Assembly (NCBI GenBank): GCA_023481285.1
Contig: JAMCWL010000103.1
Coordinates: forward strand, 10,205-74,204
DNA from: Actinomycetota bacterium
GTDB taxonomy: Bacteria; Actinomycetota; Aquicultoria; Aquicultorales; JAMCWL01
DNA length: 64,000 nucleotides
Reading direction: 5' to 3'
Numbering within the stretch: position 1 is the stretch's first letter; each line of letters begins with the position of its first letter. The translations under genes were made by a program, and so were the position numbers. Shown here piece after piece: positions 25,550 to 34,713 of the stretch. The notes under the pieces are model-generated. The model was not told the DNA's origin and ran no database searches. It saw nothing but the letters and a program-made list of their open reading frames with translations.

Positions 25550-26296
25550 TTGGAGACGCTAATGGCCGTCAAGAAGGGTTTTATCGAAAGGGTTACAGAT
25601 GAGCATGTCCGGGAGATGCTCTCGCTCATCCCTCAAAATATCTTCCGCTTGCTGAGAGACGCTATCCTCCTTTACGACCACTCCTCCTACCCTTCGGCAT
25701 TCGCCCTGGCGACTTACTCGCTCGAAGAGCTCGGTAAGGCCTTCGCCTTCATCACCATTCTGAACCCGGCCGAGAAGCCCGCCGTCGATCAGAGGCTTTT
25801 AATCCTTGACAAAGCCTTCTCGGATCATACCAACAAGCAGCGTGAAGCCCTCAAGTTTATCAGCGAAGCAATCGAGGAGATAAAATCGTCGACCAGCTTC
25901 AACAGCCTTCTCTGGGGGATATCCGATAAGTATGACGACGAAAAACTCTCTACCATCTACCAGCGCATTCTCTACACATTCAAGAAAGTCGAGCTCAGAA
26001 AGCGGCGGAGCATATATGTCGACCTCGACAAGCAATACCGACCGACCTTTCCCGAAATAAAACGCGACGAAGCGTTCGACATCATCGAGACTTGTCTTGA
26101 CGCGCTTACGATCCTTCTGATTTCGGCGACCAGTCCCGGTAAAAACGCCTGGCTAGGCAATCTACTCTACTCAGCAGGGTTCGAGCGCTTTCCCCCCGAC
26201 CTCGAGGAGTTACTGGATCTCAGCCTCCGCTTGAGCCAACAGCGGTTGGAAGGAATTGTCAAGAAAGCATCCGACGCGCATCTTTACCTTTATTAG
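25550..26296 (+). CDS. AbiV-like (HEPN-related) abortive-infection family protein
   Basis: The segment AILLYDHSSYPSAFALATYSLEELGKA followed by a later DHTNKQ resembles my memory of the AbiV family signature. The region is AT-richer than its neighbours. Confidence 0.45.
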   Translation: METLMAVKKGFIERVTDEHVREMLSLIPQNIFRLLRDAILLYDHSSYPSAFALATYSLEELGKAFAFITILNPAEKPAVDQRLLILDKAFSDHTNKQREALKFISEAIEEIKSSTSFNSLLWGISDKYDDEKLSTIYQRILYTFKKVELRKRRSIYVDLDKQYRPTFPEIKRDEAFDIIETCLDALTILLISATSPGKNAWLGNLLYSAGFERFPPDLEELLDLSLRLSQQRLEGIVKKASDAHLYLY

Positions 26297-26447
26297 TCCA
26301 ATTAGAGGGTATAATAATGTCACTTACATACGCTTGTTCCTTGTTTTTTGGCCTGTAATATGCTGAAATTATCAAGTTAAACCAGAGTAACCGCATGGCT
26401 TTCGGCGCGTTACGAAGCTTGGGCGCCGGAGTCTTATCCGACAAAGG

Positions 26448-27095
26448 GTGCCAATGGTTGAAGCGATACCGATAAAAACTAAACTCCTCATGCCCGGCGA
26501 TGATATCGTCGATATCGCTGCCGAATACGTCGGCGACGTGAGAGAGGACGACATCGTCTGCGTCGCCGAGACTCCGCTGGCCATAACCCAAAAACGTTTC
26601 TACTTCCTGTCCGACCTCAACCCCTCGTGGTTGGCCCGCACTCTATGTCGCTTTTTCGGTCAGAGGGGCAGTCTTTCCACGGCTTACGGCATGCAGGCGG
26701 CGACCAACGAGGTCGGCGCAGTCAGGATCGTCCTGGCGTTCATCGTAGGTGTTGGTGGTCGGCTAGTCGGCCGCCGGGGGGACTTTCATCGCATAGCAGG
26801 CAAGCGCGTCTCCTACATCGACGACATAACCGGCACCATGCCCCCTTACGACAAAGCCATCGTCCTTTGCCCCACCAACACGGAATCCATAACGCGCGCC
26901 ATTAAGGAGCGTCTGAACTGTGAAGCTGCGGTTGTCGACGCCAACGACCTGGGAAAGGTCAATATCCTGGCGGCAACCGAACGTGTCGACCTGGATAACG
27001 TCATTAAAGCGCTGGAGTCCAACCCCGCGGGCAACGGCGACGAGCAGACGCCCATCGTCGTTATCCGAAATCTTGATAATCGTCAAGGAGATTGA
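26448..27095 (+). CDS. CofE-like (F420-0:gamma-glutamyl ligase fold) protein
   Basis: Supporting segments are GDDIVDIAAEY...DDIVCVAETPLAITQKR, VVDANDLG and the C-terminal NPAGNGDEQTPIVVIR. The start could be the ATG at 26454. Its stop overlaps the next gene by 4 nt. Confidence 0.5.
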   Translation: MPMVEAIPIKTKLLMPGDDIVDIAAEYVGDVREDDIVCVAETPLAITQKRFYFLSDLNPSWLARTLCRFFGQRGSLSTAYGMQAATNEVGAVRIVLAFIVGVGGRLVGRRGDFHRIAGKRVSYIDDITGTMPPYDKAIVLCPTNTESITRAIKERLNCEAAVVDANDLGKVNILAATERVDLDNVIKALESNPAGNGDEQTPIVVIRNLDNRQGD

Positions 27096-28621
27096 CGTTG
27101 TATAAGGTTAACGGCCGAAGATCGCTCGATACCATCGAGCAGACGGAAACACCCTACTTCGACGCCCTCGTCAACTACGTCCAAGAGGAGCATATCCCCT
27201 TTCACGTGCCCGGGCATAAGCAGGGTAAGGGCGTGCACCCCAAGATCAAGGAGGTCTTCGGCGAGAGGGTCTTTCAACTCGACCTTTGCTCTGGCCTGGA
27301 GGGCATAGACGACCACTCCCAGCCAAGGGCGGTGCTCATGGAAGCCGAGCACCTGGCTGCCAAAGCGTACGGGGCTGACCAGACGTTCTTTCTCTCAAAT
27401 GGTAGCACCCAGGGCAATTATGCGATGCTCATGTCTTTCTGCGGACACGGCGAAAAGATCATCATCCCGAGAAACGCTCACCGCTCGATCGTGTCGGGTT
27501 TGATTCTCTCGGGGGCGGCTCCCGTCTATGTAAACCCCGAGGTCGACGAGGAGCTTCACATCGCACACAACGTTACGGCGGAATCGGTCGAGGAGGCTTT
27601 AATCGCCAATCCGGACGCCAAAGCGGTCCTCCTCGTCTCGCCAACCTACTATGGTGTGAGCTGCGATCTCAGGCGGATAGCCGAGACCGTCCACTCCCAC
27701 AACAAGCCCCTGCTCGTGGATGAAGCCTGGGGACCGCACTTCGCTTTCCATCCGGATCTGCCGGAGTCGGCGCTCTCGGCCGGCGCAGACGTCTGCGTGA
27801 CGGGCATACACAAACTGCTCAGCGGCTTCACCCAGAGCTCGATGCTCCACGTGAGAACGGAGAGGGCGAACCTGGCCCACATCAATTCGATGCTGCGGAT
27901 TATACAGTCGACCAGTCCGTCCTGCCTCTTGCTCGCCTCTCTCGACGTCGCCCGGATGCAGATGGCTACGGAAGGCGAGCGCTTGCTAAGTATAGCGATA
28001 GAACTCGCGCAGGACGCCCGATCGCGTATCAACGACGTTTCCGGCATATACTCTTTTGGGCGCGAGATCATCGGTCGCCCCGGCGTCGCCGACATCGATC
28101 CGACCCGGCTCAGCGTACGAGTTGTCGATACCGGCTTCTCGGGCTATGCGGTCGACCGCATACTGAGGCGAAGCTACGGCATCCAGGTCGAGCTATCCGA
28201 CCTCTTCAACGTCCTTTTCAATGTGACCATCGGTGACCGACCGGAGGATCTGGAGAAACTCGTCGTCGCACTCGCGGATTTCGCCGCAAGCGCGGGTTAC
28301 CGCTGGCCCGACTATGACTCAATGCGCCTGGGCAGCGGCTATCGCAAACGCCTTAGAATACCCCACCAGCCCGAGCAGGCGATGTCTCCGCGCGAGGCGT
28401 TCTTTGCCAAGCATGAGACGGTGCCGCTGGAAATTTCAACCGGCAAGGTCTGCGCGGAGATCGTCGCGTCTTACCCGCCGGGCATCCCCGCCCTCTCGCC
28501 CGGTGAGAGGATCACCCGTGAGCTGGTCGACTATCTTAATGCGGAACTGGCCGCGGGAATATATATCCAGGGACCGGAAGATCCGACGCTGGCAACAATC
28601 AAGGTGGTCGCCGAGGGATGA
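27092..28621 (+). CDS. PLP-dependent Orn/Lys/Arg decarboxylase, SpeA(Bsu)/YaaO-like
   Basis: It aligns throughout with what I recall of B. subtilis SpeA: FHVPGHKQGKG, IIIPRNAHRSI, VDEAWGPHF, the GIHKLLSGFTQSS PLP-Lys region and SPSCLLLASLDVAR. Confidence 0.85.
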   Translation: MTLYKVNGRRSLDTIEQTETPYFDALVNYVQEEHIPFHVPGHKQGKGVHPKIKEVFGERVFQLDLCSGLEGIDDHSQPRAVLMEAEHLAAKAYGADQTFFLSNGSTQGNYAMLMSFCGHGEKIIIPRNAHRSIVSGLILSGAAPVYVNPEVDEELHIAHNVTAESVEEALIANPDAKAVLLVSPTYYGVSCDLRRIAETVHSHNKPLLVDEAWGPHFAFHPDLPESALSAGADVCVTGIHKLLSGFTQSSMLHVRTERANLAHINSMLRIIQSTSPSCLLLASLDVARMQMATEGERLLSIAIELAQDARSRINDVSGIYSFGREIIGRPGVADIDPTRLSVRVVDTGFSGYAVDRILRRSYGIQVELSDLFNVLFNVTIGDRPEDLEKLVVALADFAASAGYRWPDYDSMRLGSGYRKRLRIPHQPEQAMSPREAFFAKHETVPLEISTGKVCAEIVASYPPGIPALSPGERITRELVDYLNAELAAGIYIQGPEDPTLATIKVVAEG

Positions 28622-28625
28622 TCTT

Positions 28626-29132
28626 ATGACCTTGCTCTTCATCATAATAGGTGCTCTTGCCCTTGCGGGCGGTTACGCCGCTTACTATATAAAACGCCAG
28701 GGCGATTCCGATATCGTCCTCGTTACCCAATCGATAGAAGCACCGGAGCTGATCAAACCGGAGGAGATGGCCACGTTCTCACGCTCTCTAACTTTTGAGA
28801 ATAGAGGAACCCAGGACGGTGTTCTGCTTGATGTGCGCGTATCGGCCCCGCGGGCGCCCGGCGTTCTCATCGAGCCGTCGATCGTCCGCAAGGGGACCCG
28901 GCCTTCTCAACTTGGCTACTGGGTCTCGAATATCCTGGAGCCCGGAGAGTCTTGCGAGGGTGAGCTCACCGTGGAGATGTCCACCGCCTCATCGGAGGCC
29001 CTCGGACGCCTCAATGATCTCTCTCTCACCGTGAGCTTTGACGCGGTCGGCCGCTCTCTGCTCGTCACCAAATCGCCGACCGTGAAGATAGTAGTTCCAG
29101 CTAGGGACCGTAGACTGGAGACTCGAAACTAG
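28626..29132 (+). CDS. Hypothetical single-pass membrane protein (168 aa)
   Basis: The ATG lies 5 nt after the decarboxylase stop. The N-terminal TM helix is MTLLFIIIGALALAGGYAAYYI. The track ORF from 28233 is an out-of-frame upstream extension. Confidence 0.5.
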   Translation: MTLLFIIIGALALAGGYAAYYIKRQGDSDIVLVTQSIEAPELIKPEEMATFSRSLTFENRGTQDGVLLDVRVSAPRAPGVLIEPSIVRKGTRPSQLGYWVSNILEPGESCEGELTVEMSTASSEALGRLNDLSLTVSFDAVGRSLLVTKSPTVKIVVPARDRRLETRN

Positions 29133-29221
29133 ACCGGAAAACAAGGCGGCCTCTCGACTTACAGGTAGTTCCGTTAGCAGTGATACCGAATTTGTTTTAG
29201 TGGCCGATATTATGCTCTCGT

Positions 29222-29431
29222 CTATGCGGACTCTTTGAGCCGCCTGACGCTTACCGCTCTTCGCCCCTTGGCATCCTCCTGGACTTCAAACTCAACCTCT
29301 TCGCCCTCCTCTAAAGAGCGAAACCCAGCGGTCTCAATCGCGGAGTAGTGGACGAACGCGTCCACGCCATCCTCTCCCTCGACGAAACCGTATCCTTTTT
29401 CCGGGCTGAACCACTTTACTTTTCCGCGCAT
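29222..29431 (-). CDS. Cold-shock protein (CspA family)
   Basis: MRGKVKWFSPEKGYGFVEGEDG..DAFVHYSAI is the CSD signature. A GGAGG RBS lies 6 nt upstream of the chosen ATG. Confidence 0.9.
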   Translation of the reverse strand: MRGKVKWFSPEKGYGFVEGEDGVDAFVHYSAIETAGFRSLEEGEEVEFEVQEDAKGRRAVSVRRLKESA

Positions 29432-29641
29432 CTGCATCCTCCATCCTAGCAACTATATTCAGATGTTATCCCAGGCATGAAAGGGGTAAACAAGCCACCT
29501 TGTTTTTGTTGCTAAGTCCCCGAGCGTTCGCATGGCGCTCCGTATTTTCCATGCGCATCCTTGAAGCCTTAAAGCTGCCCGGGGGTCTTAAGATACTGCG
29601 CTTGACGAACGGGAGCTCGGCAAAGATCCCGAGGATTGGAT

Positions 29642-29812
29642 TTATATTTTACTCATCAGATTTGAGATCTTCACTATCTGCTTTTCGCGCGCCCTGATCG
29701 CTCCAAGATGTCTCGCGATGCCCTTTTCATGGAGTCTGATCTCCCTCACGTGCGTCGCTACGTCCCTTTGGCGGGCGTGAATATGCCGCCTCACGTCTTG
29801 TCTTGTCATCCT
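29642..29812 (-). CDS. Small basic hypothetical protein (weak call)
   Basis: The protein begins MARMTRQDVRRHIHARQRDV... A GGGAGG lies about 10 nt upstream of this ATG. I recognise no homology. Confidence 0.3.
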   Translation of the reverse strand, partial: RMTRQDVRRHIHARQRDVATHVREIRLHEKGIARHLGAIRAREKQIVKISNLMSKI

Positions 29813-29909
29813 CGCCATTCTAACCATGCCTCCCATTTTCAGTTCGAACAACCTGGACCGTTTCTCAAAGTATTATTCTTTAGCAAATCGGCTTGCGCCC
29901 TAACATTAG

Positions 29910-29969
29910 AACATTAGGGACGTAGTTTCCTATCTTTCCTATCCACACACTCACCGCATAACTACATAT
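29910..29969 (+). repeat. Copy A of a ~60-nt dispersed element, inverted relative to copy B at 59265-59323
   Basis: The sequence reads aacattagggacgtagtttcctatctttcctatccacacactcaccgcataactacatat. Confidence 0.9.
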
Positions 29970-29989
29970 TCATTGAAGAGGTCCTTCTC

Positions 29990-30193
29990 ATGGGCCGGTG
30001 CCCGGAGTTTTCCGGAGGAGGGCTAAAGCGCTCGAAAACACTTGAGGAAGCAGGCCCGCAAGAGCGGTGGGCTTACGACGAGCGCGTGCTCGGCGATGGA
30101 GGCTTTGTTGAAGCGCTCCTATTAGCCGAGGAGGCCAAGGATCTGAACTCTATCTTCACAACATTAGCCCAGCTAGAGAAGCTAATAGGGTAA
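29990..30193 (+). pseudogene. C-terminal fragment of a REP-associated/IS200-like (RayT-type) transposase-family gene
   Basis: The segment GGGLKRS...WAYDERVLGDGGFVEALLLAEE resembles the tail of proteins annotated as Y1-transposase-like. No catalytic domain is present. Confidence 0.4.
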
Positions 30194-30221
30194 CGTAATG
30201 CAATGCCATCGGTTTACTAGG

Positions 30222-30449
30222 CTACGCGGCGCGGTACTCCCTAACGTCAACTTGAACCCCGCTCCGTGCCGCATCCTCGGCCATTTTCAATAGGCTCCTG
30301 GTGGTTTCTTCGTCGACGTATTCCTCGCCACAATTTTCGCAGATTTCAGCGGGAACACCCTTCACGACGAGGGTCATTCCGTCGCGCTCCAGGGTGACGG
30401 TAGCTTTTCCGGGCTTCGTCTCGCCTTCCCGGCAAATTACGCACTTCAT
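30222..30449 (-). CDS. YgiT/MqsA-type zinc-finger antitoxin
   Basis: MKCVICREGETKPGKATVTLERDG...CENCGEEYVDEE contains two CxxC pairs. Confidence 0.7.
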   Translation of the reverse strand: MKCVICREGETKPGKATVTLERDGMTLVVKGVPAEICENCGEEYVDEETTRSLLKMAEDAARSGVQVDVREYRAA

Positions 30450-30724
30450 GATTTTCTCCTCTTAAAATCCGATTGCCATTGGTCTACATCTGGCTTATAA
30501 GCAGTGATGATTATAATCTGCGCCTTATTGTCGCGCACGATCACAACATGGATGGGCCTCGATTCATACCATCCCATCAGTAAGCTGCTTGGAAACGGTT
30601 TGTAGTCAGGATAGTTCTGAATAACTTCGCCAGTTTCCAAAACGTGCCTTATCGCATCTTCGCCTATCCGGCGCTCAAACATCCGCCTTACGGCATGTAT
30701 GCGAAATATCAAGCGTTCATTCAA
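30446..30724 (-). CDS. DUF4258-domain toxin
   Basis: FRIHAVRRMFERRIGEDAIRHVLETGEVIQNYPD...IHVVI...IITAY is present. It overlaps its antitoxin by 4 nt. Confidence 0.65.
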   Translation of the reverse strand: MNERLIFRIHAVRRMFERRIGEDAIRHVLETGEVIQNYPDYKPFPSSLLMGWYESRPIHVVIVRDNKAQIIIITAYKPDVDQWQSDFKRRKS

Positions 30725-30972
30725 GAACGGCCTCCGGCGAGTGGTTCAAAGCCGCCAATAACTATAGCATCGCAAGCACTTATATGACTGCGATTAAATC
30801 AACCGCGCTGCAAATAAGTAAGAATTGAGGGACGGAGAGACGTCAAAGGGTGGCCGACATAGTCAGGAGGCTGGCCGGAAAACTAACTGATTATTTCGAA
30901 TCCCCTTTACCACCTAGCATTTGGAGAACAAAAAATGCTTTAGTAGCAGTCATTTTTCAAAACGCTTTGGTG

Positions 30973-31045
30973 TGGAGATGACGGGACTCGAACCCGTGGC
31001 CTCTACGTTGCGAACGTAGCGCTCTCCCAGCTGAGCTACACCCCC
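30973..31045 (-). tRNA. tRNA-Ala (CGC)
   Basis: The reverse complement is GGGGGTGTAGCTCAGCTGGGAGAGCGCTACGTTCGCAACGTAGAGGCCACGGGTTCGAGTCCCGTCATCTCCA, with anticodon loop TTCGCAA. Confidence 0.85.
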
Positions 31046-31240
31046 GTATGTTGCGCCAAAAGACGGCGCCAAAAGACGTACTTTTGTATTTTGTCAAAAA
31101 TTCGGCAAGAATTCCAGAGATTCTCTTCGTCGGGCTTTCCGCATTATGCGGTTTAGTTGAAGCGGCTTCCTCCAGTTACAGCTCTCTCAGAACGACAAAT
31201 CTTGCCCAGCTACCTGGCAGTGCGGTTTACCGAGCCCCCC

Positions 31241-31753
31241 CTAATCAAACAGCCCGGGCATTGGTTCGATGGTGATTTTGCCGGCGTTGAGGTCGATCTT
31301 CTTTACGACATCTCTAATCGCCGGGATGAGGTGCTCCTCACCTTGATCGTCCTCGACGACGTAGACGTCGTTTCCCGCGCTTCTCAAGACATCCTTGACG
31401 CGTCCGATCCTCTCACCGGCGGTCGTGACGACGGTAAGACCGATGAGATCGTCGATCCAGTACGCGCCCTCGGGGAGCTCTTCGACCTCGCCCGGTGGAA
31501 CGGCAATGTAGCGGCCGCGCAGCGGTTCGACATCGTTTCTGGTTTCCACACCTTCAAAAGTGAGAACCAGCCCCTTGGGCTGGTGCGCCACCTCTTCGAT
31601 GACCAGCTCGCGCCTGTCTGGAAGCGGGGGGATAAGATAGACTCTCAAGCCCGGGTGAAATCTGTCGGGAAAGTCGGTCAGACTTAAAAGATCGACTTCA
31701 CCGCGCGTTCCGCGGGGCTTTAAGATTTGACCGATGGTGACGTAATCCTGCAT
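31241..31753 (-). CDS. rimM: 16S rRNA processing protein RimM
   Basis: MQDYVTIGQILKPRGTRGEVDL plus a PRC barrel C-terminus. Confidence 0.9.
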   Translation of the reverse strand: MQDYVTIGQILKPRGTRGEVDLLSLTDFPDRFHPGLRVYLIPPLPDRRELVIEEVAHQPKGLVLTFEGVETRNDVEPLRGRYIAVPPGEVEELPEGAYWIDDLIGLTVVTTAGERIGRVKDVLRSAGNDVYVVEDDQGEEHLIPAIRDVVKKIDLNAGKITIEPMPGLFD

Positions 31754-31762
31754 GTCAAGAAG

Positions 31763-31993
31763 TTAGTCGATGATTTCGACCATCGCCTTTTTCCCCTCTT
31801 TAACGGCGACGGCCTTGATTAAGGAGCGGAGCGCTTTCACGATTCGCCCCTGCTTGCCGATGACCTTCCCGATGTCGTCGGGGTTCACGTAAAGCTGCAG
31901 TATTACGGATGTATCGCCCTCGACGACCGTTACTTTGACGTCGTCCGGGTTGTCGACAATCGCCTTGGCCAGTGTCTCCAATAGCTCTTTCAA
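31763..31993 (-). CDS. KH-domain RNA-binding protein (YlqC/UPF0109)
   Basis: DDIGKVIGKQGRIVKALRSL is present, in the conserved position between rpsP and rimM. Confidence 0.9.
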   Translation of the reverse strand: MKELLETLAKAIVDNPDDVKVTVVEGDTSVILQLYVNPDDIGKVIGKQGRIVKALRSLIKAVAVKEGKKAMVEIID

Positions 31994-32015
31994 GGGCTCC
32001 TCCTACCGGGGTTGC

Positions 32016-32267
32016 CTATTTGGATTCGATCACGCCGGTGATCTTCAGTAAATTCTTGACCTGATCGGTGGGCTGGGCGCCCTTAGATAACCAGGACAGC
32101 GCCTTCTCCTTATCGATCTCGATCGTCGACGGCTCGGTCCTGGGGTTATACCTTCCGATGACTTCGATGAATCTGCCGTCGCGCGGGGCTCTCGCGTCTG
32201 CCGCGACCACGCGGTAGTAGGGCTGCTTTTTCGCCCCGACGCGGCTTAATCTCAACTTGACCGCCAA
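32016..32267 (-). CDS. rpsP: 30S ribosomal protein S16
   Basis: The sequence begins [21 protein letters not shown]. Confidence 0.95.
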   Translation of the reverse strand: MAVKLRLSRVGAKKQPYYRVVAADARAPRDGRFIEVIGRYNPRTEPSTIEIDKEKALSWLSKGAQPTDQVKNLLKITGVIESK

Positions 32268-32302
32268 GTTTTCACCTCCTTCCTACCCAAAGATGCGCTC
32301 GT

Positions 32303-33628
32303 TTACATAAACGGGAAAGCGCCCTTGGGCAGCTTTACCCGACCCTGCATCTTACCAAACTGCTTGAGCAGCTTCTTCATCTCGTGGAACTGTTTCAAAA
32401 GCTGGTTAACGTCGTGAGTGGTGGCGCCGCTTCCGGTCGCTATCCTCTGCCGACGGCTACCGCTGATGATGTTGGGATTTCGCCGCTCCTCGGGGGTCAT
32501 GGATTGGATGATCGCCTGCACCTTGACGAGGTCCTTGTCGTTTACCTCCATACCCTTCGGCATCTTGCCCATCCCCGGTATCATCGACATTATCTGGCTG
32601 ACCGGCCCCATCTTTTTAATCTGCTCCATCTGGTCCATGAAATCTTCCAGTGTAAAGTCGAGCTTCCGGAGCTTCTCCTCCATCTCGGCCGCTTTCTTGG
32701 CGTCGGCCGTGCCCTGCGCCTTCTCTATGAGGGTCAGTACATCCCCCATGCCGAGGATGCGCGAGGCCATCCTGTCCGGATGGAAGGGTTCCATGGAGTC
32801 GATCTTCTCGCCGATGGAGACGAGCTTGATCGGCTTTCCCGTCACGGCTTTGACCGAAAGCGCGGCACCTCCCCGGGCGTCGCCGTCGAGCTTGGTCATG
32901 ACCACGCCGTCGAAGTCGAGCCGCTCCTTGAAGCCGTTCGCAACGTTCACCGCGTCCTGGCCGGTCATCGCGTCAACCACCAGAAGAATCTGGTCCGGCT
33001 TGACGGCCACTTTCATCTCGACGAGCTCTGTCATCAATTCTTCGTCGATATGAAGCCGCCCGGCCGTATCAACGATCACGACATCGCACGCGCGCTCGAT
33101 CGCCTCTTTGCTTCCTTTCCTGGCGATCTCGACCGGCTTTTCAGACGTCGAACCATGGAAGGGGATGTCGTTCTCCTCGGCCAGCGCCCTTAACTGGTCG
33201 ACGGCGGCCGGCCGGTAGATGTCGGCACCAACGACGAAGGGACGCCGTCCCTGCTTTCGAAGCATGAACGCGAGCTTCGCCGTCGCCGTCGTCTTACCGG
33301 ACCCTTGCAAGCCGACCATCATGACGATACTCGGCCTTCCTGCCAGGACTAGCTTTGATTCGGTCGAGCCCATCAGGCCGGTCAGCTCTTCGTTGACGAT
33401 TTTGACGACCTGCTGGGCCGGGGTGAGGGACTCCATAACTTCGCCGCCTACCGCCCGCTCGCGGATCTTGGCCACGAAATCCTTGACGACCCGGAAGTTT
33501 ACGTCAGCCTCGAGAAGCGCCAGCCTCACCTCACGCAGCGCCTGATCCACGTCTTTCTCGGAGAGCTTCCCCCTCCCCTTCAATTTGTCGAATATGCCCT
33601 GCAACCTTTGGCTAAGATTATCGAACAT
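32303..33628 (-). CDS. ffh: Signal recognition particle protein Ffh
   Basis: The N, G (GLQGSGKTT, DTAGR) and Met-rich M domains are present. Confidence 0.95.
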   Translation of the reverse strand: MFDNLSQRLQGIFDKLKGRGKLSEKDVDQALREVRLALLEADVNFRVVKDFVAKIRERAVGGEVMESLTPAQQVVKIVNEELTGLMGSTESKLVLAGRPSIVMMVGLQGSGKTTATAKLAFMLRKQGRRPFVVGADIYRPAAVDQLRALAEENDIPFHGSTSEKPVEIARKGSKEAIERACDVVIVDTAGRLHIDEELMTELVEMKVAVKPDQILLVVDAMTGQDAVNVANGFKERLDFDGVVMTKLDGDARGGAALSVKAVTGKPIKLVSIGEKIDSMEPFHPDRMASRILGMGDVLTLIEKAQGTADAKKAAEMEEKLRKLDFTLEDFMDQMEQIKKMGPVSQIMSMIPGMGKMPKGMEVNDKDLVKVQAIIQSMTPEERRNPNIISGSRRQRIATGSGATTHDVNQLLKQFHEMKKLLKQFGKMQGRVKLPKGAFPFM

Positions 33629-33853
33629 GCGATTTCTTCATTCCCTTATTTACGGCTATTCTCAGGCCGTTACTGACCGACTGCGGACCACCGACCACCG
33701 CCTTACCGGCGGTCGGCCGTCGTCCATCGGCGCGCGTAAGGTGCGCCTAAACAAATTCGAGCTGGGATGACCCAGCCCGGGCGGTCCGGGCGCCGCGTGT
33801 GCGGCGCGTGATAAACCCAATAAATATTATCTGACGTGGTGAAAGGTGTCAAG

Positions 33854-33905
33854 GGTACTGGCAGTTAAAAGGCCAGCCATAGCTGGCCTTTTAACTGCCA
33901 GTACC
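33854..33905. terminator. Perfect 24-bp palindromic hairpin whose inner part resembles a bidirectional terminator
   Basis: The sequence reads ggtactggcagttaaaaggccagc-cata-gctggccttttaactgccagtacc. It lies downstream of the GDT1-family gene on the minus strand. Confidence 0.5.
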
Positions 33906-33932
33906 AGCAATATGCCCTCCAGTCCATCTGTA

Positions 33933-33960
33933 GGGGCAAGCCGGTGGCGTGCCCTTTTTT
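33933..33960 (+). repeat. REP-like hairpin (GCAAGCC-GGTG-GCGTGC) followed by T6
   Basis: The sequence reads ggggcaagccggtggcgtgcccttttt. Confidence 0.6.
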
Positions 33961-33998
33961 ACGGCTCGTCTGAATGTCAGCTAAGAGCACGCCATGTC

Positions 33999-34559
33999 TT
34001 ACCGCAACGCTTCTACCATCACGTATGCGCCGTAGATAATGAATATCGCGGCTGAGGTGTACTTGATGGCTCTCTCGGGCAGGCGCTTGCCGGCAAAGAC
34101 ACCAAGGATGATCGCCAGCCCGTCCGCAACGACCATGCCGAGCGTGGAGCCGATCCAGACGCCGACAAAGCTTTCATACTTGGCGGCCAATGCGATCGTC
34201 GCAAGCTGGGTCTTGTCTCCGAGCTCGGCCAGGAAAAAGGCTATGGCAACGGTGATAACCTGGCCGAGCTTGAGGCCGGACTCCCCTTTTTCGGCCAGTC
34301 TATCGCCACGCAGGGTCCAGAGTCCGAAAGCTACGAAGGAGACGCCTACGGCAAGCCTAATGTAATAGAGAGGAATTAGAATACCGAGGTAAATGCCGGC
34401 GATGACGGAAGCGAAGTGGACGACCAGGGTACCGAGCGTGATGCCGATCAGAACCTTCCACGGCCGGTATCTGGTGGCAAAAGAAAGGGTTAGAAGTTGC
34501 GTCTTATCGCCCATCTCGGCTGCGGCTATAAAAAAGAGCGACGCCAAAAATCCGGTCAT
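33999..34559 (-). CDS. TMEM165/GDT1 (UPF0016) family cation (Mn2+/Ca2+) transporter
   Basis: It carries two E-x-G-D-K-T/S motifs: AAEMGDKTQLLTL and LAELGDKTQLATI. Confidence 0.8.
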   Translation of the reverse strand: MTGFLASLFFIAAAEMGDKTQLLTLSFATRYRPWKVLIGITLGTLVVHFASVIAGIYLGILIPLYYIRLAVGVSFVAFGLWTLRGDRLAEKGESGLKLGQVITVAIAFFLAELGDKTQLATIALAAKYESFVGVWIGSTLGMVVADGLAIILGVFAGKRLPERAIKYTSAAIFIIYGAYVMVEALR

Positions 34560-34713
34560 TGGCGACGATTATAACACGACGCGGCGCAGCCGAATCGACC
34601 GATGACCGCCGACAAACCGTCCGCCGCCCTTGCATCATTACGAGGGGAGGTGGTGACGAAGCAACTTCTACTGTCTAATGGCTCGCCCGCTTGTAGAACG
34701 GGCCCTATATCCC

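Noticed and set aside
26259-26591. A 110-aa minus-strand ORF overlapping the AbiV-like 3' end and the CofE-like 5' end
   Set aside because: It overlaps two better-supported genes and the promoter/leader between them, and it has no recognisable features.
33629-33850. An SRP RNA (4.5S) or other structured ncRNA in the gap upstream of ffh
   Set aside because: The region contains GC-rich hairpins (gcgccgc-gtgt-gcggcgc) and CCGACC word repeats. I could not find the conserved SRP domain IV motifs.
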